Sequence record: OQ938580.1 | From: Arthrobacter phage Ottawa | Direction: 5' to 3' (one strand) | Length of the DNA stretch: 32,000 nucleotides | Part shown: in pieces, positions 24,395 to 32,000 of the stretch | How positions within the stretch are numbered: position 1 is the first letter of the stretch | Layout: each line of letters opens with the position of its first letter | Position numbers and translations under genes: made by a program | Notes under the pieces: model-generated | The model's database searches: none | What the model was told of the DNA's origin: nothing | Seen by the model: the letters and a program-made list of their open reading frames with translations, nothing else

Positions 24395-24712
24395 ATGAGC
24401 ATCACAGCAACCATCCGCGAAGCCCGGAACCTCGACCTCCACGGCGCACGCCCCGGGGCAGCCGCCGTCGTCAACCGCACCGCCAAGAAACTGGAGGAGG
24501 AGCACGCCCTCCGCCTCAACCTCCAGAGGGAAGCCAACGCCGCACGCCGCATCATCGCCCAGATGGAGCAGGACGCCGCAGAGCTCGCCAAGGACATCGA
24601 GCTCTACGCCAACCACCCCGCCATCCAGAGCTCCGTCCAGCAGCGGGCAGACAGCCTCGCACGGTACGCCGCCAGCCTCCGCAAGGCACTCTCACCGGGG
24701 GCAGGGGAATGA
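24395..24712 (+). CDS. Hypothetical coiled-coil protein
   Basis: KLEEEHALRLNLQREANAARRIIAQMEQDAAELAKDIELY. Confidence 0.6.
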   Translation: MSITATIREARNLDLHGARPGAAAVVNRTAKKLEEEHALRLNLQREANAARRIIAQMEQDAAELAKDIELYANHPAIQSSVQQRADSLARYAASLRKALSPGAGE

Positions 24713-24894
24713 GCCGCCCCGGCTTCGTCGTAGGGCAGGACATCCCCACAGGTGCCAAGGTAGGCATCGCCGTCCGGCTTATCGTCACCTACGACGAGGG
24801 CACCGACCTCGCCAAGTACGAGCAGGAGATTCAGCGGGCCATCGTAGCCGTCGCGCCCGCCGCCTACGTCGAACTGGAGAAGCGGGCGGGATGA
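24709..24894 (+). CDS. Hypothetical 61-aa protein
   Basis: ATGA overlaps both sides; MSRPGFVVGQDIPTGAKVGIAVRLIV... Confidence 0.55.
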   Translation: MSRPGFVVGQDIPTGAKVGIAVRLIVTYDEGTDLAKYEQEIQRAIVAVAPAAYVELEKRAG

Positions 24895-25202
24895 TCGTCT
24901 GCCGCTACTGCAAGAACCCCTTCGAGCAGAAGCACCCCGAGCAGCGATACTGCCGCCCGAACCACGCCAAAGCAGCCCGCCGCCTCAGAGCGAGGAGGCG
25001 GGCTGCCGAAGCCGCAGCAGCCATCGCCGCAGGGGAACCACTCTGCCCCCGCCCCAACAAGCAGATACACCGAACACCAGAGCAGGCAGCCCTCACATGG
25101 GAAGCCAAGCAGCCCGAGCTCGTCCTCTACCGCTGCCGCTGCGGAGCCCTTCACTTCGGGCACCGCCACCCCCCTTACCGAGCAAGGATCGCAAGAGCAT
25201 GA
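24891..25202 (+). CDS. Small zinc-finger protein
   Basis: CRYCKNPFEQKHPEQRYCRPNHAKAARRLRARRR; CRCGALHFGHRH. Confidence 0.65.
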   Translation: MIVCRYCKNPFEQKHPEQRYCRPNHAKAARRLRARRRAAEAAAAIAAGEPLCPRPNKQIHRTPEQAALTWEAKQPELVLYRCRCGALHFGHRHPPYRARIARA

Positions 25203-25564
25203 CCGACGCACCCAACTCCCACTACACCCCCTTCACCGCCTTCCCCATCCACGCAGTACACGAGCGAGACGCACCGTGGGGAGACCATCACCTGAAGCTC
25301 GTCAAGGGCAACAGCACGCACACGGTCCAGATGAACCGGGAAGACCTTCTCATGCTCGCGGACAGCATCCACGCAGCAACCGGCGTCCGCTTCGTCGAAC
25401 GCGATGAGGTACGGCAGGCACTCGCCAACGTCACAGCCTTCCTCCGGGAGCGAGACAAGATGAGCGGCTTCGACCCCGAGCACATCGTCGGAGCCAACCA
25501 CGCCGTCCTCGGAACCCGCGACCTCCGCATCCTCATGGAAGCAGCAGAGGGAGCCATCCAGTGA
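25199..25564 (+). CDS. Hypothetical protein
   Basis: In-frame ATG of the 25097..25564 ORF; MTDAPNSHYTPFTAFPIHAVHERDAPWGDHHLKLVKG... Confidence 0.6.
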   Translation: MTDAPNSHYTPFTAFPIHAVHERDAPWGDHHLKLVKGNSTHTVQMNREDLLMLADSIHAATGVRFVERDEVRQALANVTAFLRERDKMSGFDPEHIVGANHAVLGTRDLRILMEAAEGAIQ

Positions 25565-25863
25565 GCAAGACCCTCACCGATGACGAGCAGGCAATCAAGC
25601 GCGTCCTCACCGAGCACATCCGCATGGTCAGCTACATCGAGGGCAGACCCCACCAGTGCTGCTGCGGCTGGAGCGGCAACGGCACCAAGGGCAACACCCT
25701 CCTCGACCATCAGGCCCGGAAGATAGCCAAGGTCATCCACGCGGGCATCCGCATCACCACCACCCGCTGCCACGTCGCCAGCCCCCACACCATCCAGATG
25801 CACAGGGCAGCAGGGGAAACCCTCCGCCTGCCCTGCAGTGACCTGCTGAGCCGCCTCAAATAA
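25561..25863 (+). CDS. Hypothetical protein
   Basis: GTG start; MSKTLTDDEQAIKRVLTEHIRMVSYIEGRPHQCCCGWSG... Confidence 0.6.
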   Translation: MSKTLTDDEQAIKRVLTEHIRMVSYIEGRPHQCCCGWSGNGTKGNTLLDHQARKIAKVIHAGIRITTTRCHVASPHTIQMHRAAGETLRLPCSDLLSRLK

Positions 25864-25884
25864 CCACATAGCCCCAATACCTCG

Positions 25885-25917
25885 GAGCCCCCCTGCCAAC
25901 CCGGCAGGGGGGCTCTT
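25885..25917 (+). terminator. Stem-loop GAGCCCCCCTGCC-AACCC-GGCAGGGGGGCTC-TT
   Basis: 13-bp perfect inverted repeat after stop 25863. Confidence 0.7.
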
Positions 25918-26018
25918 AGCGTTGCCCGGGCGTGTCGGCAAGCAGAAGGGGGCACCCCGGGGGGCTACGCTCGGACAGAAGCTCCACGAGAGCACCAGCA
26001 CCCCCCGGAAGGACGGCG

Positions 26019-26798
26019 ATGAGCGAGACGCGCAAGATGGTCAACCTCAAGATTCACGAGACCAGCGGCGTCGATCATCCCGCCCATCAGCACGAGGGCT
26101 GGATCGTCATGAAGTCCGCAAGCGCGGAATCCGTCGAGAGCCTATTCGGGTCTCTCAACAAAGCAGAGGAGGCCCCCGTGGCTGACAACGAGAAGACCCC
26201 CGAGGAACTGCTCGCCGAGAAGGACGCCCGCATCGCTGAGCTCGAAGCTCAGGTCGCAGCCCCCCCGGCAGCCGAGCCCGCCCCCGCCGCCGAGGTCGAA
26301 CCCGCCCCCGCCGCCGAAGACGCCGAAGCCGAGTCGCTGGAGAAGGCACTCAACAAGATGCCCGAGCCGCTCCGCAAGGCATTCGCCAAGCAGCAGGCCG
26401 ACCTCGCAGAAGCGCAGGCCACCATCAACAAGGAACGGGACGCCCGCCTCGACGGTGACGCCATCGCCAAGTCCCGCGAGGTCTTCAAGGCCATCGCCAT
26501 CGACCACGACACCGTGGCCCCCGCCCTCCGCCGCGTGGCACTGCTCGACGCAGACCTCGCCAAGGCCGTCGAGACCGCGCTCTCCGCAGCCGACGCTCAG
26601 CTGGCAACCGGCACCGTCTTCAAAGAGGTCGGCAACCCCGGCAACGGCGAAGGTTCCGCAACCGAGCGGATCAACAAGGCAGCCTCCGCAATCCGCGAAG
26701 CTGACCCGTCCCTGAGCACGTCGCAGGCATTCGTCAAGGCGATCAGTGACAACCCGGAACTCTACGCCGCTTACACGGCAGAGAAGGCAGGCAAGTAA
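26019..26798 (+). CDS. Scaffold-like protein
   Basis: NLKIHETSGVDHPAHQHEGWIVMKSA start, acidic helical body, immediately upstream of decoration and capsid genes; in-frame ATG of the 25932 ORF. Confidence 0.65.
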   Translation: MSETRKMVNLKIHETSGVDHPAHQHEGWIVMKSASAESVESLFGSLNKAEEAPVADNEKTPEELLAEKDARIAELEAQVAAPPAAEPAPAAEVEPAPAAEDAEAESLEKALNKMPEPLRKAFAKQQADLAEAQATINKERDARLDGDAIAKSREVFKAIAIDHDTVAPALRRVALLDADLAKAVETALSAADAQLATGTVFKEVGNPGNGEGSATERINKAASAIREADPSLSTSQAFVKAISDNPELYAAYTAEKAGK

Positions 26799-26801
26799 GC
26801 C

Positions 26802-27179
26802 ATGGCATACGAAGAGGCCGTACAGGCCGTCAACATCAACGCAGGGGCGGACCTGTCCGCAGCCGCCAAGCTCTACACCCCGGTCAAGGTTGACTCCACC
26901 GGGCGAGTAGTGTCCACGTCCGTACTGGGCGAGGCAGCAGACGGCATCCTGCAGAACCTCCCGAAGCTCAACGACCCGGCCAAGGTCGCCATCGGCGGAG
27001 TCACCAAAGCCAAGGCAGGCGGCACCATCGCAGCCGGTGCCAAGGTCACGACCTCCGCAGCCGGTCAGGTAGTCGCCGCAGCCGCAGGCAACAAGATCAT
27101 CGGCACCGCACTGACCGCCGCCGTGGTCAACGACGTCATCCCCGTCCTGCTCGCCCCTCCCGGCACCGCAGCCTTCTAA
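26802..27179 (+). CDS. Capsid decoration / DUF2190-like protein
   Basis: MAYEEAVQAVNINAGADLSAAAKLYTPVKVDSTGRVVSTSVLGEAADGIL...; position. Confidence 0.55.
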   Translation: MAYEEAVQAVNINAGADLSAAAKLYTPVKVDSTGRVVSTSVLGEAADGILQNLPKLNDPAKVAIGGVTKAKAGGTIAAGAKVTTSAAGQVVAAAAGNKIIGTALTAAVVNDVIPVLLAPPGTAAF

Positions 27180-27220
27180 CCCGCCGCCTCGGCATAACCA
27201 CCTAAGAGAGAGAAGAGACC

Positions 27221-28195
27221 ATGTCTCAGCCCGGAGTGGGCGGCGTCCACACAGACGCAGTCCTGACCAACATCTCTGTTGCATTCATGCAGGAACAGAG
27301 CAAGTACATCGCCACGCAGGTCTTCCCCGTCGTGAACGTAGACAAGGCATCCAACCTGTTCTACACCTACGATCAGGAGGACTGGTTCCGCGACGAGGCA
27401 CAGAAGCGTGCCGACGCAACCGAGTCCGCAGGGTCCGGCTACGAGGTAGGCAAGGACTCGTATAACTGCGACGTCTACGCCTTCCACAAGGACGTCGGCG
27501 ACCAGCTGATCGCCAACGCCGACGCCCCCCTGAACCCGCTGCGCGAAGCAACCGAGTTCGTCGCCGCCCGCATGCTCCTCCGTCAGGAGCGCCAGTTCGT
27601 CACGGACTTCCTGACGACCGGCGTCTGGTCGAACGAGTTCACGGGTGTCGCAGGCACCCCCGGCGCAGGCCAGTTCAAGAAGTGGTCCGACTACGCCGCC
27701 TCCGACCCGATTCAGGACGTCGAAGCTTGGAAGGAATCCATCGCAGGCAAGACGGGCTACGACCCGAACACCCTGACGCTGGGCAAGAACGTCTTCACCA
27801 AGCTGAAGAACCACCCGGACATCATCGACCGGATCAAGTACACGTCCTCCGAGAACGTGACCACCGAGCTCCTCGCCCGCCTCTTCGAGGTAGACAAGGT
27901 ACTCGTCTCCCGCTCCATGTTCGCATCGAACAAGGAAGGGCAGACAGCGACCTACGGCTACAACTTCGCCGATAGCGTCCTGCTCACCCACTCGGCCAGC
28001 ACCCCCGGCCTGCTCACCCCGTCCGCTGGCTACACCTTCGCGTGGACCGGCGTCTCGGACGGAGCCGGTCTCGCCATCGGCACCACCCAGTTCCGCATGG
28101 AGCACCTGCGAGCAGAGCGCATCGAGTCCCAGTCCGCATGGGACAACAAGGTCATCGCCCGCGACCTTGGCGCACTGTCCACCGCCGTCATCTAG
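27221..28195 (+). CDS. Major capsid protein
   Basis: HTDAVLTNISVAFMQEQSKYIATQVFPVVNVDKASNLFYTYDQEDWFRDEAQKRA...; typical phage MCP composition and position. Confidence 0.85.
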   Translation: MSQPGVGGVHTDAVLTNISVAFMQEQSKYIATQVFPVVNVDKASNLFYTYDQEDWFRDEAQKRADATESAGSGYEVGKDSYNCDVYAFHKDVGDQLIANADAPLNPLREATEFVAARMLLRQERQFVTDFLTTGVWSNEFTGVAGTPGAGQFKKWSDYAASDPIQDVEAWKESIAGKTGYDPNTLTLGKNVFTKLKNHPDIIDRIKYTSSENVTTELLARLFEVDKVLVSRSMFASNKEGQTATYGYNFADSVLLTHSASTPGLLTPSAGYTFAWTGVSDGAGLAIGTTQFRMEHLRAERIESQSAWDNKVIARDLGALSTAVI

Positions 28196-28210
28196 TCTTA
28201 GAACGGCACC

Positions 28211-28245
28211 GAGGCCCCCATCCCACCAAGAGGGGTGGGGGCCTC
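28211..28245 (+). terminator. Stem-loop GAGGCCCCCATCCC ... GGGGTGGGGGCCTC
   Basis: 14-bp inverted repeat (one wobble) after the MCP stop. Confidence 0.65.
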
Positions 28246-28278
28246 ACCCATACCCCCCCAAGCACCAGAGGAGCCACC

Positions 28279-28497
28279 ATGGCAGCCATCCAGAAGATCA
28301 ACCACCTGAAGGTCGAACGCCTGTTCATCAAGGGCGTCGAGGTATCCCCCGTCGAAGCCCCCGCCGAGCTCCCCGGCAAGGCAACCCTCGCCGAGGTCAC
28401 AGCCGCCTACGAATCACTCGTGGACCGCCTCACCGAAGCAGGCATCCTCACCCCGTCCACAGACGCCCCCCAGAGCGACGAAGACACCGAAGCCTAG
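28279..28497 (+). CDS. Hypothetical small acidic protein
   Basis: In-frame ATG of the 28042 ORF; MAAIQKINHLKVERLFIKGVEVSPVEAPAELPG... Confidence 0.6.
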   Translation: MAAIQKINHLKVERLFIKGVEVSPVEAPAELPGKATLAEVTAAYESLVDRLTEAGILTPSTDAPQSDEDTEA

Positions 28498-28507
28498 CCA
28501 GAGCCCC

Positions 28508-28531
28508 GGGCGGGGCACGCAAGCCCCGCCC
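28508..28531 (+). terminator. 8-bp stem-loop GGGCGGGG-cacgcaag-CCCCGCCC
   Basis: Intergenic inverted repeat. Confidence 0.4.
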
Positions 28532-28582
28532 AGCGCCACACAGGCCCGCACAGCACCACCCCAGACCTAGAGAGAGAACCCC

Positions 28583-30886
28583 ATGCCGGTCAAGAAGTCC
28601 GTTATCGTAGGGAACACCCGCGCCACGTTCCGCGATAGCTTCGCCAACCCCTCCGTAACGCAGCCCAACCCGGAAACATGGGACCTCGTCTCTGACAACG
28701 CGGGCCACATCATCACACAGGGCGGAGACAGCGCAGGCGCAAGCTACCTCCGCATCAGCCTCTCCCCCTTCGCAGAAGACACCGAAGTCCGCCTCACCAG
28801 CCGAGACGCCTTCCGCGCACCCACCCGCATCAGCTACGGCGTCAGCATCAGCCAGCGCATCATCGGGCAGGAGGTCTTCGCAGGCATCGTAGGCTGCGAC
28901 GCCAACCTCACCCCCGTCATCGCCCCCACCCCCACCCCTGTCGCCATCGTAGGCACCGTCACCGTCGCCTCCAACGTCGCCACCATCAACATGCCCCTCC
29001 ACCCCTTCAAGGGCGGAGACCGCGTTACGGTATACGGCAACACCGAGCCCCGCCTCAACGTGGACCCCGTAGTCGTCACCGTAGTAGACGCCTACAACAT
29101 CACCGTCCCCGTCACCCTCACCAACGGCACCTACACCGCAGGCGGCTACGTCGTACTGCAGGACCCCCTCGGCGGGGCACGCAACGGCGCAGGACTCCTC
29201 TGGGAAAACTCCGCCACCACCAACGCCTCCTTCGTCAGCCGCCGCAACGGTGCCAAGTTCCGCAGCACCAACTCCACCGTCGCCTCCTCCGCAGCAGCGC
29301 AGACCAACACCAACCCCTACACCGACGCCTTCAACGCCACCGCCAACAGCGAGCTCTACTACGCAATCGACGAGATTGCCTACCGCTCATTCGCCGCCGA
29401 CAGCACCGCAGCCATGTCGGGCTACAACAAGTACAGTCAGGCCGTCCCCGACGAAGACCTCGACTACAAGCTGCAGGTCCGGGCACGCATCTTCAAGGGA
29501 GCCACCCGCCCCATCGCCCGCGTCGTCTCCGCCAACAAGACCGGCACCACCACCGCGACCATCGTCACAGACGTCCCCCACGGCCTCACCGCGAGCGACT
29601 GGGTACAGGTCTACGGCATCCGCGACCAGACCAACTTCCCAGCCCTCACCAGCCCCACCGCCATCGCCTCCATCGTGAACGCCACAACCTTCACCGTGGT
29701 CATCGGCGGCGCAGTAACCGCAGGCTCCCTCGACGGCACCGTCTACCTCAACGACGGAGGCGTCGCAGCCCCGGGCGGCATCGCACAGGCCATCCAGTCC
29801 ATAACCCGGACCAACAGCATCCTCTCCCTCGCAGGCAGCGGCACATGGTCCGGCCTCCTCCCCGGCGAGTACGTCCACCTGCACGGCCTCACCGGAGCAG
29901 CCAGCGCCTACGAAGGCGCATACAAGGTCCTCCGACAGACCGGCACCACCCTCGACCTCGCAGCCCCCGGACCCGACTTCGGCTCCATCACCACAGGCGG
30001 CACCGTCATCAAGCGCACGGACGTCCGCCTCCACTGGGCACGAGTAATCGACTACACCCGCATGGGCGTAGAGGTCCTCGGCGGCAAGGGGCACGCATCG
30101 GACGCGAACAACGCCGTACCAGCCACCATCGCCTCCTCCGTACAGCTGGGCGTCAACGCCACCCAGACCACCGGCATCAACACAACCCAGTGGTCCGCAG
30201 CAGGCTGGGGCGGCTTCCTCGTAGCAGACGTCGCATCCGCCGCGATCACCAGCACCGCGACAACCTCAGCCGTCAGCCCGGGCTCCGTCGCCAACATCGG
30301 CACCTACGCACACAGCTTCAACGTCGTAGTCACCGCCGTATCCGGCACCAACCCCACCATGGACATCGGCATCGAGGAGTCGGTAGACAATGGCACCAAC
30401 TGGGTCCGCATCTACGACTTCCAGCGCATCACGGCCAACGGCACCTACACCACCCCCCTTATCCGGGCTCAGTACGGCACCCGTTACCGCTACGTCCAGA
30501 CCATCGCAGGCACCACACCCTCCTTCACGAGGGCAATCAACCGCGTCCAGTTCAGCAGCGCCGCCCCCATCCACAAGCAGTTCTTCGACCGCTCCGTCAA
30601 CCCGAACACCCTCAACAGCGCCACGCCTACCTACAATGTGGACGGCTGCCACCGCCTCCAGCTGACCGCGTTCAACGTATCCGGCACCGGCCCCGTCTAC
30701 CAGCTGGAAGGCAGCGAAGACGGAGCCAACTGGTATCCCCTCGGAGCCCCCCTCGACAACACCGCCGCAGGCACCGTCGTCGCAGCACAGGAGGGCTTCC
30801 TCCCCAAGTACGCCCGGGCAAGGGTATCCACCGCAGGCACGGCAGCCGTCATGGGCTCCGTCAGCATCAAGGCCCTCGGAGCCTAG
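28583..30886 (+). CDS. Large (767 aa) beta-rich structural protein, head- or fibre-associated
   Basis: Thr/Val/Gly-rich repetitive beta composition; lies between MCP and connector genes. Confidence 0.65.
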   Translation: MPVKKSVIVGNTRATFRDSFANPSVTQPNPETWDLVSDNAGHIITQGGDSAGASYLRISLSPFAEDTEVRLTSRDAFRAPTRISYGVSISQRIIGQEVFAGIVGCDANLTPVIAPTPTPVAIVGTVTVASNVATINMPLHPFKGGDRVTVYGNTEPRLNVDPVVVTVVDAYNITVPVTLTNGTYTAGGYVVLQDPLGGARNGAGLLWENSATTNASFVSRRNGAKFRSTNSTVASSAAAQTNTNPYTDAFNATANSELYYAIDEIAYRSFAADSTAAMSGYNKYSQAVPDEDLDYKLQVRARIFKGATRPIARVVSANKTGTTTATIVTDVPHGLTASDWVQVYGIRDQTNFPALTSPTAIASIVNATTFTVVIGGAVTAGSLDGTVYLNDGGVAAPGGIAQAIQSITRTNSILSLAGSGTWSGLLPGEYVHLHGLTGAASAYEGAYKVLRQTGTTLDLAAPGPDFGSITTGGTVIKRTDVRLHWARVIDYTRMGVEVLGGKGHASDANNAVPATIASSVQLGVNATQTTGINTTQWSAAGWGGFLVADVASAAITSTATTSAVSPGSVANIGTYAHSFNVVVTAVSGTNPTMDIGIEESVDNGTNWVRIYDFQRITANGTYTTPLIRAQYGTRYRYVQTIAGTTPSFTRAINRVQFSSAAPIHKQFFDRSVNPNTLNSATPTYNVDGCHRLQLTAFNVSGTGPVYQLEGSEDGANWYPLGAPLDNTAAGTVVAAQEGFLPKYARARVSTAGTAAVMGSVSIKALGA

Positions 30887-30889
30887 CCG

Positions 30890-31273
30890 ATGGCATGGAC
30901 CTACAGCGGGAACCCGGCAGGGAGCGACCTCGACAAGGTTCGCTTCCTGCTCGGGGACACCACGCAGACAGCATCGGCCACCCTCACCAACGAGGAGATC
31001 ACATACCTCCTCGCCGAGGAGGGGGGCAACACCACCAGCGCAGCCGCCGAGGGAGCCCTCGCGCTCGCCGCCCGGTATTCGGGAATCTCGGCTACCAGTA
31101 AAAAGATCGGCGACCTGTCTATCAGTTACGAGCACGGCGCACTGGCAGACCGCTTCACCGCGTTGGCAGCACGGCTCCGCAAGGGGCAGCGCAGCGCGTT
31201 CACCCCGATCTGGGATGACAGCAGCCCGAGCATCTTCAGTATCGGCATGGACGACTACGCAGAGGGCTCATAG
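30890..31273 (+). CDS. Head-tail connector / adaptor protein
   Basis: LDKVRFLLGDTTQTASATLTNEEITYLLAEEGGN...; position after capsid genes. Confidence 0.7.
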   Translation: MAWTYSGNPAGSDLDKVRFLLGDTTQTASATLTNEEITYLLAEEGGNTTSAAAEGALALAARYSGISATSKKIGDLSISYEHGALADRFTALAARLRKGQRSAFTPIWDDSSPSIFSIGMDDYAEGS

Positions 31274-31593
31274 TGAGCGAGTGGAGCGACGTCTGCGGGC
31301 AGACCATCCAGTACCTTGCACCGGGCACGATAGACGGCTACGGCAAGCGCGGCTACAAGGCCGCACAGCCGATCAAGTGCCACGTCCAAGGCAGGCGCGA
31401 GGAGATTACCGGCCCGGACGGCACAGTCGTCACCAGCCTCGGCACAGCATGGCTGGACGGCCACTACCCGGACGTATCCACCAGCGGCAAGGTCACGCTC
31501 CCGGACGGCACCACCCGGGGCATCGTAGAGGCCAGCACGGTCTACGATGAGACAGGACCACACCACACGGTCATCAGGTACGGAGCACAGTAA
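31273..31593 (+). CDS. Head closure / connector-like protein
   Basis: Position and size; MSEWSDVCGQTIQYLAPGTIDGYGKRGYKAAQPIKCHVQG... Confidence 0.5.
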   Translation: MSEWSDVCGQTIQYLAPGTIDGYGKRGYKAAQPIKCHVQGRREEITGPDGTVVTSLGTAWLDGHYPDVSTSGKVTLPDGTTRGIVEASTVYDETGPHHTVIRYGAQ

Positions 31594-32000
31594 TGGCAGA
31601 GGGCACGAGTTACAGCGTGGAGCTAGTCGGGAGCGGCAAGCTCGTCCACATGCTTATCCAAGCAGGGGCGGAAGCGACTCCCGCGCTGGCTCGTGCCCTT
31701 TACGAGGAGGGGCAACTGGCCTTCCGCACCAGCCAGAAGAGGGTCCCCTACCGCTTCGGCATCCTGAAGGGCAGCGGCAGGGTCTTCCCCCCAGAGGTTC
31801 AGGCAGGCGACGTCAACGTCACGCTCGGGTACGGCGGCAACGCCCGCAAGTACGCAGCCGCCGTCCACGAGATCAACAAGAACTACCGCAACGGCAAGAG
31901 CTACAAGTACCTCCTCACAGCCGTAGAGGAGCGCGTCGCGGGCTTCGACAGCCGCATCGCCAAGCGCATCGAACGAATCATCGGAGAGAGCAGTGCCTAA
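31593..32000 (+). CDS. HK97-gp10-like neck / tail completion protein
   Basis: VELVGSGKLVHMLIQAGAEATPALARALYEEGQLAFRTSQKRVPYRFGILKGSGRV. Confidence 0.65.
   Translation: MAEGTSYSVELVGSGKLVHMLIQAGAEATPALARALYEEGQLAFRTSQKRVPYRFGILKGSGRVFPPEVQAGDVNVTLGYGGNARKYAAAVHEINKNYRNGKSYKYLLTAVEERVAGFDSRIAKRIERIIGESSA

Noticed and set aside
1-32000. CRISPR array, rRNA, IS element or integrase/att site
   Set aside because: No regularly spaced repeats, no rRNA-like sequence, no transposase or integrase motifs found on either strand.

Overview
The window is a high-GC, entirely + strand, densely packed block of a tailed actinobacteriophage-like genome (or prophage). Left to right it holds: HTH and replisome-type genes, an HNH nuclease, a WhiB-like protein and an SNF2-type helicase (~10-4344); accessory genes including a gamma-glutamylcyclotransferase / amidoligase / class-II glutamine amidotransferase set (5288-7871); a translationally coupled cassette with four ParB-like domains in three ORFs, a TET/JBP-like 2OG-Fe(II) dioxygenase and a P-loop kinase (8463-13398); terminase small and large subunits; an accessory insert with SSB; portal; MuF-like protein; an RMF-like small protein; a 2H-phosphoesterase/XkdF-like fusion; a VRR-NUC nuclease; a small-gene insert; scaffold, decoration and major capsid proteins; a large structural protein; and head-tail connectors. 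The two most notable signals are (i) the ParB x4 / dioxygenase / kinase cassette beside the terminase, a candidate DNA-base hypermodification locus, and (ii) a family of at least five intergenic promoter-like elements. Each of these carries a near-invariant AACCCC(C/A)GTTAGG motif in the -35/-10 spacer and is followed by a leader hairpin; a sixth motif copy lacks a clear promoter. They sit at the starts of accessory inserts. Product names come from motif recognition by eye; no database search was run.
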